The notes beneath the pieces were generated by a model. The model ran no database searches. It saw only the letters and a program-made list of their open reading frames with translations, and was not told where the DNA came from. A DNA stretch of 64,000 nt. It comes from the human T2T-CHM13v2.0 reference genome, Homo sapiens. Made by a program: the position numbers and the translations under genes. Positions within the stretch are counted from its first letter, which is position 1; every line of letters begins with the position of its first letter. The DNA is taken from assembly GCF_009914755.1 (NCBI RefSeq), contig NC_060926.1. One strand, 5' to 3'. This document shows positions 13,919-27,463 of the stretch, in pieces.

Positions 13919-14145
13919 CAGAGGTTGGCAAACGCTTTCTGTAAAACATTTACAGATAGTAAATATTTTAGGTTTTGTAGATCATACAGTCTTTGTTGAA
14001 ATTACTCAACGATGCCATTATAAAGTGAAGGCAGCCATAAATTATATGCAAAAGAATGAGCATGAATATGTTCCAATAGAACTTTATTTACAAAACAAGG
14101 CAGTGGGCTGAATTTGGCCTTCAGGCTGTGGTTCTCTGACCCTGG
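13919..14145 (+). mobile_element. MER58A hAT MITE
   Basis: CAGAGGTTGGCAAAC...CAGATAGTAAATATTTTAGG...GTTCCAATAGAACTTTATTTACAAAACAAGGC...GACCCTG. Confidence 0.85.
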
Positions 14146-14630
14146 CTAAGGGTCCTGTATTTTATAGATTTTAAGTAATGTTTGTATATATAAAGTGATG
14201 CTTGCTTTAAAAATGCTTACTTTAAAAATGCAGATAATCTTTTGTTTGGTTAGTTTTATTTTTCTTTTAAATAGCCCTTACATATTTAACTAAAGTGAAT
14301 GTAAATATAAGTGACAGGGTAGTTCTAGAGATATGTATGTGGTCTGGCAAGAGTTCATATAATATGACTCATCTCAGTTACCTCATCTGTAAAATGGCAT
14401 ACGACATAATCCTTATTTAATTGCTATTTCCAAACTAGTGAACTTGGGGATGATAGTAGGATGCACTAAAGACATGCCAGGCATACTATTTATTTAGTGA
14501 TGAGTTTGTTATATGTATCTGCTTCTTTATTTTGTACCTTGAGAATGCCAAGTTTCTATGCCAGCCTCTTGTGTGGCCTTCTGTGAGTTATTTCTGCTCC
14601 TTTATCTGAATGATAAAGAATGATGCTTAC

Positions 14631-14784
14631 CTGCATCTTATGGGTGTGGCATGGAAATCTCTAGGGATTTGCCAAATGTCATCTAGCACTTAAATGCCGT
14701 TGGAAATTGGACATGTCCGCACACTTTAATTGTTGCGTACTGATGACTACCAGGCCTCAGTCTTGTGGCTTTCCATCAGACAAC
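14631..14784 (-). ncRNA. Candidate internal non-coding exon (154 nt)
   Basis: Minus strand: long polypyrimidine tract TTTTCTTTTGTTTTTATCTCCCTTCTCAG|G and donor CAG|GTAAGC; stops in all three frames. Confidence 0.4.
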
Positions 14785-16059
14785 CTGAGAAGGGAGATAA
14801 AAACAAAAGAAAACTAACAAAGCAGAAAAAGAAAGATGATAAAAGGTAAGGATAATGGCTGAGTGGATAATGGCAGGAGACATCTTTAGCTACCATGAAA
14901 AGTATTAAGCCAATGTGTTTGTTGAATTCGTTTTGCTGGTGGTCACTTTGTGTTCATTCTGAACATCCAGCAGTTACTAAGTAAAGACACATGACTGATG
15001 AAAGAAGAAAGGGAACTATTTTTACAGGGGCCATTAAACTTTAACTACCATCTGGCAGGGAATGATTAGAGAAGATCAAAATTAAGGCAGTCAACACAAA
15101 TGCTGTGTGAATACCTCAGGGAATTAACATGGATAAAGACAGTGAACTTGTGGTTAAATAAAGAGACAGACATAAGAGGGAAGTGGTGAACACATCCTTT
15201 ATAGCTTTGGACCTCATGGTCACATTCATTGCCAAAGGAGCTTAAAGGGGGAAAATAACAAGGAGGCCATGAGAAAATCTGAAACACCTGGAAATAATCA
15301 GATGCTCTGCACCAATCATAAAAAAGAAAGTTAAAGAACTACACAGGACCACATCGTTTGGGCTTCCTCCCTACCCAGGAAGGAAATGTTTATAGGAGAG
15401 GTGTGTTGAAATTGGCAGGTAGTTAATATTCAGATTAGCCTACTATTTAAAAGTAGGAAGTGGTTGTATATACTGCTGAGAAAAACATTAGGAACTATAT
15501 CCTTGTGAACACTAAAGACTCCATAATTTCTAGGAATCACTGCTTGCCCACTAATTAAACAGTCACCCAGCAGGTAGTTTGAGAGAGGATATGAAAAAGG
15601 GAAGTGCGGCCTTACTCTTGCAGGGGTGCGTCTCTGTCTTCCATCAGTTGATAGCACAATGCTTAACCCTAGGGCAGCTTCATCCTGCTAAAAGCACACA
15701 TGAAAGATTCTTGGAGAAAGCTATTTTTTTAAAAAATGTAGCTTATTTCTGTATTCAGGTGGACTCAGAGGCCAACCTTCAGAACTTCTAAAGAGGAACC
15801 ATGACAGGATAGCTGTGTTGGGTGGGCCATTTAGCCTGCTCTGGGTTCTGAAATAAGGATTCCCACCCTGAAAAAGTCCAGGGCTTTAAACTTTAATTAC
15901 TAACGTGATCAAGACAAGTTTGGAACAATCAAACTGAAGCTAGTCCATTCCAGGTATCAAAATGGAAATGTCAGGAAGGAAGGAAGTATATGTTACCTGA
16001 ATTCATTCACATGGGATTAACAATGTGTGGTTTCTCTATCACTGTGGTTTCTTCTTATT

Positions 16060-16290
16060 TAAGTATTTATTCTCAACCAGACGCAAAGTATCTTTCTATG
16101 TATTATCTCATTTAATCATCAACACTATCTTATGAGGTATGTATTATAATCCCCACTGTACAGAGAAGAAAACTAAGAACTAAGATATAGAGAGGTTAGG
16201 TAACTTGTCTAAGGGTAACGGCACATGGTTTACTAATGCTGGTGTCAAGATTCAAATCTAGGTCTTAGTTATAACTCTCACTCACCATTG
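16060..16290 (-). mobile_element. MIR
   Basis: TATTATCTCATTTAATC, CCCCACTGTACAGAGAAGAAAACTAAG, AGAGAGGTTAGGTAACTTGTCTAAGG. Confidence 0.75.
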
Positions 16291-16432
16291 AAAAACTTCC
16301 CTCCTGTGGCTGTACAGGGACCACAGTCCTAATGCAGTTTCCCCAGCATCATGGCCTCCACACTTTTCCCTTTTTGAAGGAGACTGGGCCTAATTTCCCT
16401 TTAGGGTAAGAGGGTTAAAGATAATATATATC

Positions 16433-16806
16433 TGGAATACTATGCAGCCATGAAAAGAATGAGTTCATGTCCTTTACAGGGACATGGATGAAGCTGCAAA
16501 CCATCATTCTCAGCAAACTAACACAGGAACAGAAAACCAAACACCACATGTTCTCACTCATAAGTGGGAGTTGAACAGTGAAAACACATGGACACGGGGA
16601 GGGGAACATCACATACCCGGGCCTGTCAGCGGGTTGGGGGCAAGGAGAGGGATAGCATTAAGACAAACACATAATGCATGCGGGGCTTAAAACCTAGATG
16701 ATGGGTTGATGGGTGCAGGTGATCACTATGGCACGTGTATACCTATGTAACAAACCTGCATGTTCTGCACATGAATCCCAGAACTTAAAGTATAATAATA
16801 AAACAA
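16433..16806 (+). mobile_element. L1PA7/8-like 3' end, 5'-truncated
   Basis: GGAATACTATGCAGCC...CATGCGGGGCTTAAAACCTAGATGATGGG...CCCAGAACTTAAAGTATAAT; TSD-like ATAATATATA on both sides. Confidence 0.93.
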
Positions 16807-17849
16807 AATAATATATACCACCTAGGAAAGTGCTGGAGCAAACTTGCTGTGATCCCTCTGCAGCAGAAGGCAAAGGCTCCCCTGCACAACCAGGGAGACA
16901 GAGCCACACAGGACCTGGCAAGTCATCCCTACAAAGGCAAGAATACCTTACCCAGACTACTTCAAGGGCTTTTGCAGATGAAAATCAATGGAAAATAAAA
17001 CAACAAATGTTTTCAAGCTTTGAATAATATTTAGTATAGTTTGATGATGGCAGATAAAAATATTTCCCTTATTTCTTATTTTTAGAATAAAACATTCTAG
17101 GGCAAAATTCTATTTTAATTAAAATTCAAGGAATGGCACAATTCATGCACATATACCCAATGTGCAAGAAAATGCAGTGTTTAAAAGGAAGATAATTCAA
17201 AGGTATGCCAGAAACCTCATCATTAACGCATTTCCTTCTGCCTTTGTACTTCTGGAATCTCTGAACATCTGGTAATTTTACCATCAGGAAACAGTGCAGT
17301 GTCCATCTGTTAAATCAGGCTTTGGCTTGATTCACCTGGGAGGATCAACCAGATGCGGGCGTCCTTTACATTATTAATGATTTCAGCCTTCCCTTTGTAC
17401 GTGCCCTGTGAGGCCACAGTGTGGGGTACAACCTATAAATCACTAGAAAGTGAAGAAGTCATATTTTACTTCATTTTAGGCATAATGAAGAACACTTTAA
17501 AAAAAAAAGAAGTCAGAGCATAAACCATTAGAATCTATTTAAATTTTTGCCACCAAATGACTTTTAACTGTTTTTTTTTCTTTGACAGGAAAAGCATGAT
17601 AAACATTACCTCAACACAAAAAATGATTCCCGGATGCTCTGACAGTGGATGCTAAGTGAGTCAATCGGGCAAAGGTATTCCCTAGATGTCTCATTTGGTG
17701 GCAGTCTATGTGATCTTACAACTTATTTACAAACAGCTTCATACAAAATTTCAGTCCAAGTCTTTCCTATCCCATCATAGTTACTAGTCATGCCCATAAG
17801 TTACAACGTCCCTGTGACAAAGCACTGACTTCAGTTGGGTTGGTGGCCT

Positions 17850-18068
17850 GAGAGAGCATGGCATAACGATGACATCCTGGGATCTGTCCATTATGACAGT
17901 GACCTTTGGTAAGTTACTCAATCTCTTCAAACCTCATTTCCTCCTCTGTGAAACAGAGATGCTGGTAATGATAGTACCTACTTTATAGGATTGTGTTCAG
18001 GATTAAATGTGACAAGGTGTATAACTACTTGACATATAGTAAGAAGGCAGCAAAGTTAGCTATTATTA
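17850..18068 (+). mobile_element. MIR
   Basis: AAGTTACTCAATCTCTTC, CCTCATTTCCTCCTCTGTGAAA, ATAGTACCTAC, GGATTAAATG. Confidence 0.75.
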
Positions 18069-18097
18069 AACCGTCACTCGGAGCAAACTGCTTATGA

Positions 18098-18875
18098 AAA
18101 GTTTTCTCAGCAAAATTGAGAGGAAGATGCAGATATTTTCCATATATCCCCACCCCAACACATGCAGTTTCCCTCTTTATTAAAATCCCCCCTCTGCCCA
18201 GAGTGGTGCATTTGATACAATCAACGGACCTACACTGACACATCATTATCACTCAAAGTCCATAGTTTACATGAAGGTTCACACTGTTGGTGGGATATAC
18301 TCTATAGGTTTGGACAAATGTATAATGACATGTATCCACTTTTACAGCATCATACAGAATAGTTTCACTGTCCTAAAAATCCTCTGTGCTCTGCCTTTTC
18401 ATCCCTCCTATCCCTCTTACCCCTGGCAACCACTGATCTTTTTACTGTCTCCATGGTTTTGCATTTTCCAGAATGTCACATGGTTGGAATCACATGGTAT
18501 GTAGCCTTTCAGATTGGTTTTTTTCACTTAGGAATATGCATTTAATATTACTGCCTGTTTTTTCATGGCTTGATAGTTCATTTCTTTTTAGCATTGACTA
18601 ATATTCCATTGTCTGGGCATATCACAGTTTATTATCTATACACCTACAGAAGGATGTCTTGGTTGCTTCCACGTTTTGGCAATTATGAATAAATCTGCTG
18701 TAAACATCCATGTACAGGTTTTCATGTGGATACAAGTTTTCACTTCATTTGGGTAAATACCAAGGATTGTATGGCAAGAGTATGTTTAGTTTTGTAATAA
18801 ACTGCCAAGCTGTCTTCCAAAGTGGCTGTACCATTTTGCCTTCCCACCAGCAATGACTGAGAGTTCTGCTCAATT
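18098..18875 (-). mobile_element. L1MC1-like 3' region
   Basis: CCTACACTGACACATCATTATCACTCAAAGTCCATAGTTTACAT, TTTGGACAAATGTATAATGACATGTATCCAC. Confidence 0.85.
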
Positions 18876-18887
18876 TTGCTATGCACC

Positions 18888-21120
18888 TGTATTAGTCCAT
18901 TTTCACACTGCTGATAAAGACTAGGCAATTTACAAAAGAAAGAGGTTTAATTGGACTTACAGTTCCATGTGGCTGGGGAAGGCTCACAATCATGGTGGAA
19001 GGCAAGGAGGAGCAAGTCACATCTTACATGGATGGTAGCAAACAAAGAGAGAGCTTGTGCAGGAAAACTCCCCCTTACAGTAACTATCAGATCTTGTGAG
19101 ACTTACTCACTATCACAAGAACAGCATGGGAAAGATCTGACCCTATGACTCAATTACCTCCCACTCGGTCCCTCCCACAACATGTGGGAATTCAAGATGA
19201 GATTCTAGTGGGGACACAGCCAAACTATATCATTCCACCCCTGGCCCCTCCAAATCACATGTCCTCACATTTCAAAACCAATCATGCCTGCCCAGCAGTC
19301 CCCCAAAGTCTTAACTCATTTCAGCATTAACTCAAAAGTCCACAGTCAAAAGTCTCATCCAAGACAAGGCAAGTCCTTTCCAGCTATAAGCCTGTAAAAT
19401 CTAAAGCAAGATAGTTACTTCCTAGATACAATGGGGGTATGGGAGTTGGATAAGTATAGCCATTCCAAATGGGAGCCATTGGCCAAAACAAAGGGGCTAC
19501 AGGCCCCATGCAAGTCCAAAATCTAGCAGGGCAGTCAAATCTTAAAACTCCAAAATGATCTCTTTTGACTCCATGTCTCACATTCAGGTTATGCTGATGC
19601 AAGAGGTAGGTTCCCAAGGTCTTGGGCAGCTCTGCCCCCATGGCTTTGCAGGGTATAGCCCCCCTCCAGCCTGCTTTCATGTGCTGAAGTTGAGTGTCTT
19701 TGTCTTTTCCAGGCAAACAGTGCAAGCTGTAGGTGGATCTACCACTGCGGGGTCTGGAGGATGATGGCCCTCTTCTCACAGCTCCACTAGGCGGTGCCTC
19801 AGTAGGGACTCTGTGTGGGGGCTCCAACCCCACATTTCCCTTCTGCACTGCCCTAGCAGAGGCTCTCTGTGAGGGCCCCGCTCCTATAGCAAACTTCTGC
19901 CTGGGCATTTAGGCGTTTCCATCCACATTCTGAAATGTAGGCAGAGGTTTCCAAATCTCAATTCTTGACTTCTGTGTACCCGCAGGCTCCACACCATGTG
20001 GAAGCTGCAAAGCCTTGAGGATTGCACCCTCTGAAGCCATGGCTTGAGCTCTACATTGGCTCCTTTCAGCCATGGCTGGAGTGGCTGGGATGCAGGGCAT
20101 CAAGTCCCTAGGCTGCACACAGCATGGGGAAACTGGGCCTGGCCCATGAAACCACTTTTTCCTCCTAGGCCTCTGGGCCTGTGATGGGAGGGACTGCCAT
20201 GAAGACCTCTGACGTGCCCTTCCATTGTCTTGGGGATTAACATTCAGCTCCTCATTACTTATGCAAATTTATGCAGCCAGCTTGAATTTCTCCTCAGAAA
20301 ATGGGATTTTCTTTTCTATCATATTGTCAGGCTGTAAATTTTCCAAACTTTTAGCTCTGATTCCCTTATAAAACTGAATGCCTTTAACAGCACCCAATTC
20401 ACTTATTGAATTCTTTGCTGCTTAGGAATTTCTTCTGCCAGATACCCTAAATCATCTCTCTCAAGTTCAAAGTTCCAAAAATCCCTAGGGCAGGGCCAAA
20501 ATGCCACCAGTGTCTTTGCTAAAACATAACAAGGGTCACCTTTGCTCCAGTTCCCAATAAGTTCCTTATCTCCATCTGAGATGACCTCAGACTGCATTTC
20601 ATTGTCCATATCATTATCAGCATTTTGGACAAAGACATTCAACAAGTCTCTAGGGAGTTCCAAACTTTCCTACATTTTCCTATCTTCTTCTGAGCCTTCC
20701 AAACTGTTCCAACCTCTGCCTGTTACCCAGTTCCAAAGTTGCTTCCACATTTTTGGGTACCTTTTCAGCAGCACCCCACTCTATTGGTACCAATTTACTG
20801 TACTAGCCCATTTTCATACTGCTGATAAAGATATACCCAAGACTGGGCAATTTACAAAAGAAAGAGGTTTAACTGGACTCACAGTTCCACATGGCTGAGG
20901 AAGCCTCACATGGCGGAAGGCAAGGAGGAGCAAGTCATGTCCTACATGGATGGCAGCAAGCAAAGAGAGAACCATCAGATCTTGGGAGACTTACTCACTG
21001 TCACAAGAACAGCATGGGAAAGACCTGCCCCCATGATTCAATTACCTCCCACCAGGTCCCTCCCACAACCCGTGGGAATTCCAGATGAGATTTGGGTGGG
21101 GACACAGCCAAACCATATCA
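18888..21120 (-). mobile_element. Full THE1 (THE1A-like) MaLR element: 3' LTR 18888-19232, internal region 19233-20798, 5' LTR 20799-21120
   Basis: Both LTRs run TGTA...TATCA; the internal region starts on the minus strand with GTAAATTGGTACCAATAGAGTGGGG; TSD GCACC/GAACC (one mismatch). Confidence 0.95.
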
Positions 21121-21982
21121 GAACCTAAAGCTGTTCTAAATAAAAGGTACATTAAAAACTTTAAAAAAGAAGGTTTTCCCCTTGCAAAATGGTTTTCTTT
21201 CATGATATACTTGCTTTCACGGTTTGGATCAGTGGCCCCGTGGTCATGGGCATGGCTAGCTTAATCATTCAAAGTTTCTAGTTCTTTGAATGTGTTGGTG
21301 ACAATTATAGCATGATTATTACACTTGTGAACTCTTCTAGAGGTATTAATTTTAAGAACTATCACTGTCTTCTCAATGGCTGTTTATTGAGAGCTTCCCA
21401 CACAACAGATCTTTACCAGAGGCTAAGACACATAGTGCAGGTCAAGATAGGAAAGTGGCATAGGATAATTCCCAACCTTCAGTATTGGATACTCTGTCAT
21501 ATACTTTGCATCCTAAATGTGTAAAAAGAAAAAGAACTTAAACACATATAAAATAATTTATATAACTCTGGCAGAAATGTAAACTTTTCCTCATTTTCTT
21601 CATGAGCATACTTTAATCTAGACAATCACATTTAACAGTGATAACCAATTCATGTCACTTCCAACCTCTGAGAGATATAAAAACTGGGCTTTGAACATCT
21701 CTCTAAAAGTCAATATGAATAATGCGATAAGCCACCAGTTTTTCTGTTTGTGTTGTGTTGATTATTGTATTATATATGTTCTCAGCTCTTCACCCTCTCC
21801 CATGACCTGCAGACACATCTCACTGGGTTGTTGGCTTTAAGTATTTACTCTTTTCTCTTTCCCCCTCCCCTTTCTCTGATTTGTGATCAATTCCACTCCT
21901 GCCCTCATTCTGTTCTTGCCTCTGCCTGGGACACAACTGAGACATTCATCATCATTCTCCAGCTTCTCCAGGGCTGGACTGA

Positions 21983-22696
<714 letters not shown>

Positions 22697-23824
22697 TGAT
22701 ACACACTAATTCACAAGACAACATTAGAAACACAGCTTTTTACTAAAAAGGTATGCTGGTCACTAACAATATTTTATCCAGATTTTTCTGGATATAGCTA
22801 TATTTGTGGGACCTTTATTTGATCTGAGTTGCATTCTATCAATCTAGTAACATATAGCTTTAGAGAGTGTTCTATAATTGGCCCTAGATTCAAATATATC
22901 TGCCCAATCATGAATTGGCCTTTGTCTTTTCATGTGGGTCAGTGGAGGGGAAGAGATGCAGAGAAAACTCTAAAGGTTGGATGCTGTCAGATTTGGGTCC
23001 TGTGTGGCCGCGGTCTCCTCAAACTCTTTTATGATTGGGCCATAGGTACTTTTGGGAGCACTTTCCAGATGCCCTGCAAACTATTACTAATCCAGTATTC
23101 CCAAATCCAGAATTTTACTTTCCCCCCAACCCCGAAGTCAGGCCAAACTCCTTTTTGTTTATGTAGCTAAAAACTAAATATGAGATTACGAAAAATAAGT
23201 GGACAATATTAGTCAGAATATTGTTTATATTTCTTCACTGAAAAAATACTCATTTACTGATACTGGCACACCAATATCTTAGTTATAAACATTAGCAAGT
23301 AAAAATATTAATTGAACTTGATCCCTAATATTTGGTTTATGATTTCATGATATAAAATATAAAATGTACTATTATTAAATGATAAATACTGACTCATAAA
23401 ATGTAATTCAGATTTAGTGAACTATGGATTAAAACTGGAAACAATTTAAATATGATAATAATTCATATTTGAAATATTTTTCTCTATTTGTATATAAACA
23501 GAAATGGGTACGTAAAATGTGTCCTACACGTTAACCAGAAATAAAGCAAACTACTATAGAATGATACTGAACATACTTTGAATTTTTAAGGTTTTGATTG
23601 ATTTTCATACATTTGGTAGTCTATTCATTATTTTGAAAAATCAGCCTCTACTTCAAGATATAAAAGAAAAAGCAAGCAAGAAGATAGGAACTCATTTAAA
23701 TGAGGTAATTTCTGTTTTAACAAGTTTCTAAATAGAGATTGACCACTAAAAAATGGAGATTTCTAAGGCCATGAGAAGTACCTTTTCCATAAAGTAGTAC
23801 CTTTATGGAAAATAATAACAATAT

Positions 23825-23965
23825 TATTTATTGAGCACCTATTGTGTGCCAGCCATGGTGTTAGATGTTTCATGTTAATTAATTTTGTCATATAATCCTC
23901 AATATAATTTTTTAAGATTGGCAAGTTTATCCAGAGAAACTGATGCTCAAAGAAATGAAGTAGTA
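23825..23965 (-). mobile_element. MIR
   Basis: TTATTGAGCACCTATTGTGTGCCAG...TAATCCTCA...GAAACTGATGCTCAAAGA. Confidence 0.65.
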
Positions 23966-24159
23966 GGATATAGCTTATAAACACCACAAAAATTTTGGTT
24001 AGCAGCATAGCACTTCCTTGCCTTGGAATTTACCTTCCCACTGCATTTACAGCTTTTCTTGAAGTCAGTTGAAGAGAACTACTTCCATAGCACAGCCAAG
24101 TGCAAATGCCTCCTTATTCACCTTCCCTGTTTCAGTATTACCAACCTCAGTCCATTTAG

Positions 24160-24685
24160 TACACAGCAGTTAGAGAAAGGTCTTTTAAAGCCATGCCACT
24201 TTCCTGCTTAAAACCTTTCAAAGGCTCCTCATTGCACTTTAGAAAACTCAAGTTAATGAGATCTTACAAGGGCCTGTGTGATCTGGCCCCAGCCCATCTC
24301 TAATGCCGTTGTAGCCACACTGCCCCTCACCTGCTCTGCCTCAGTCACACTGGCTTCCCTGGGTCCTGGGAATACCCAGGAATCCCAGAGCACTTTCTTT
24401 CTGTTCCCCCTTCTTGGAAAGCTCTGTATGTTTCTCATTTTGCAGACTGTGGCTTAAATGTCACCCCGGAGAGGCCTTCTCTATTTGACCATCAGTGTTC
24501 GCTACTCATTCCCTTCAGAGCATGTATAATCACTTGTAGTTGCATATTTATTTGTTTATCATTGGTATCACCCACAGATTGTAACCTACACATGGGGAGG
24601 GAGTACATACTTATGTATATTTAGTGCCTTGCACACAGTAGGAGCTCAAAAACACATGTGGAATGGATGAATGGGCTTATGAATG
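24160..24685 (+). mobile_element. L2a-like 3' region
   Basis: CTGCTTAAAACCTTTCAAAGGCTCC, GTGATCTGGCCCC, AAATGTCACC...GAGAGGCCTT, GCACACAGTAGGAGCTCAA...GAATGGATGAATG. Confidence 0.8.
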
Positions 24686-26335
24686 ATCGGAGACTGAACA
24701 AGAAACTGAGAATTTGAAAGAAGAAAGCCCAGACCTTATATGACTTCAGGACAGTATAACAAAAGAGAGAGATTAGGATATTTGGGCCAAACTTGATGGA
24801 TGACTCGGGATGAGTTCTTACACCTTATATTGAAAACAAACTAACCAAACAAACCCGATAAAGATGGCCACAGTATTTGCATCCCTCATAGGATTGTTAT
24901 CTGGTTTAACCAACTATTAAATACTTGTTGTGTTATACTTCTTGATATTTTTATTCATCATAAGTTTCATGATTAAAACCTCAACACTTTGAAAAGTTAG
25001 GAAACTGGATCCTGAATGTCTTATGCTAACTTTCTTTTAGCCCTGTCTGTGCCCCAGGGGCCCAAAGGCTGTGACAAAAAAGCATTCTGCATAGAACATT
25101 TACACGCTTGATATAGTACACGGCACTTGCTAAGGCAGAAAGCCAGAGGTAATGAGCACTGTGAGAATTATGTGCAGATCTTCTTTGCAGCACTTCCCGA
25201 CTGTAATTGAACTATCCTTCCTGATCCTTCAGGTGCTATCAGCATGATTTTCTGCAGACTTCAAAAAAATCCCTGAAGGGCCAAAGACACTTTCTTGGTG
25301 TTACAATCCTTATTTCAAGTGAAGCTAAATGTTTGGCTCCTGAGTATTAATACGTTTCAAGAAAAAGGAAATTCTGAGTTGCAATTCCTTCTTCCCCACC
25401 CCATACAAAAATGGAGAAATAGATCTTTACACCTGTTTATCTTCAAGGTAAAAGAAATGCATAATATTCAGCATTATACAAGAGTGAGAAGTGGAAATTT
25501 GGTTTTCCAACTTAAAGGCACAATATATTTTTGATTTGTGTTTTTATTCAACTGTTCTTTTTAAGGGGAGGTAGAAGGGAATTAATGTTCTACTAAAGAA
25601 AAAGTGCAATGTCAGCATATGAGTTCATATATGATCCTTTTTGACAATACACAATCTCTAAACCTAGTAGTGGAATACATAGTGCCTATTTAAAAGCAGA
25701 AATAGGGTTTTCTTTCACAAATGAAGACTATACGTTTCACTAAAACAATAGGAAGGTCCCCAGACTATGTCTTTGTCATAATCCATGCTTGTCTCAGACA
25801 CTCTGTTAAGTTTATAGGCATTTTTTGACTTACATTAGCTTCTGTAAGTGTCTTGTATATTACCGGGAGTACAGAGACCATTTGGTACTTATGGCCTCAG
25901 CAAAGAGTCTGAGCATAAAATAAATAATGACAAAAATTCTGTCTTTTCATCTTCTGGAGTTGACTTAAACAGGATGAGGATATCTACCTATCTACACTTT
26001 GCACTTTGAAGATCTAGCATTTAGGTTTGTTTGCAATTTGTTCTTTCTCTATGTGTACTAAAAAATATTAGCTTTCTAAACATAAACCTCATTAGAGTAT
26101 CCATTTACATACAAAATTCCCTAACAATAATGATGATCACTTTTTGAGCTCTTATTATACATCAATTTACAATTTACAATTACTTTACTCAGTGCTTATC
26201 ACTATTCTCTGAAGTAGATGGTTATATCACCATTCTCTGAAGTAGTCTCTGAGTGAAGTAATTGTAAATTATTTCACTATTTCAAGTGTATATATGGGAA
26301 TATAAATATTCCTATTAGTAAATATATAAAATAGG

Positions 26336-26689
26336 TGATATGGTTTGGCTGTGTCCGCACCCAAATCTCATATTGAATTGTAGCTCCCACAATTCCCACG
26401 TGTTGTGGGAGGGACCCAGTGGAAGGTAATTGAATCATGGGGGTGAGTCTTTCCTGTGCTGTTCTCATGAAAGTGAATAAGTCTCATGATATCTGATGGT
26501 TTTATAGAGAGGAGTTCCCCTGAACAAGTTCTTCTTGCTTGCTGCCATGTAAGATGTCCCTTGCTCTTCTACCATGTTTGTGAGGCCTCCCCAGCCGTGT
26601 GGAACTGTGAGTCAATTAAACCTAGTTTCTTTATAAATTACCCAGTCTCTGGTAGGTGTTTATCAGCAGCATGAGAACAAAATAATACA
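26336..26689 (+). mobile_element. Solo THE1 LTR (THE1B-like)
   Basis: TGATATGGTTTGGCTGTGTCC...TAATACA; perfect 5-bp TSD ATAGG (26331-26335 and 26690-26694). Confidence 0.95.
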
Positions 26690-27463
26690 ATAGGTATTTT
26701 TGTATATAGATATTTTTATTTTACTTTTGAAAAAGACTCAGAAGTGTGAAGAAACTTGTCAAGGTCCTTCCTATATATTGGTTTAGTTGAGGCCTGGTTT
26801 TAAACCCAACCCAACTTTGTCCGGCTCTGAAAACTGGGCTCTTAGCCACCACATGATTCTGCTACCTTATCATCTATATGTTCCTATCTTTTCCTTTTCT
26901 TCCAGAATAAAAGAGAAAAGGGGAGGAAAAAAAACCCATTTTTTTCAGGCAAGGATTAATTTTTAATGACATCCTTTCCTGTGTTAAATGTGAAGTCTCT
27001 TTTGTCTCAATGCCAGTCAAGTATTTAGTTTTCAGTTTCTTTATACTATTTGTATTCAAAATATACTTGATCTTAAAAAAGTAGGGGAACACTTAATTTC
27101 ATCTGTTTTCAGATTCCTGCCATTAATTTGGCACACATTCAAAATGGTTAGATGATTTAATTACTTACTATTTTTATGAGTTTAGTTATTCTAAAGTAGT
27201 TTCCAACCTGTGGATCTTAGTTTCTAGGAGTCTTTGAAGTTACTATGGTTAATCTGTGAGTAGATTTAAAATAGGTTTTAAATACTGTCTCCCACATACA
27301 TATATTGCTACTTTCCAAATAAATGTAGATGTTGTGATTAATTAATTGAAAGTTAATCTAAAATTAAATTAATCATTAACTTGGTAGTAGCTTTTCATCA
27401 TTATATTGCTCCCTAATCAGCAGACACTAAAAGTTTAAAGACTTCCAGCAAGGAGTCCTCATA

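Noticed and set aside
14780-14845. Plus-strand 66-nt in-frame exon (CATCAG|...AAG|GTAAGG) encoding lysine-rich QPEKGDKNKRKLTKQKKKDDK
   Set aside because: Its purine richness is more simply the complement of the minus-strand polypyrimidine tract; the acceptor is modest, I do not recognise the peptide, and there are no partner coding exons. Not formally excluded.
19384-20898. 174-aa and other ORFs
   Set aside because: Decayed THE1 internal sequence, fragmented across frames.
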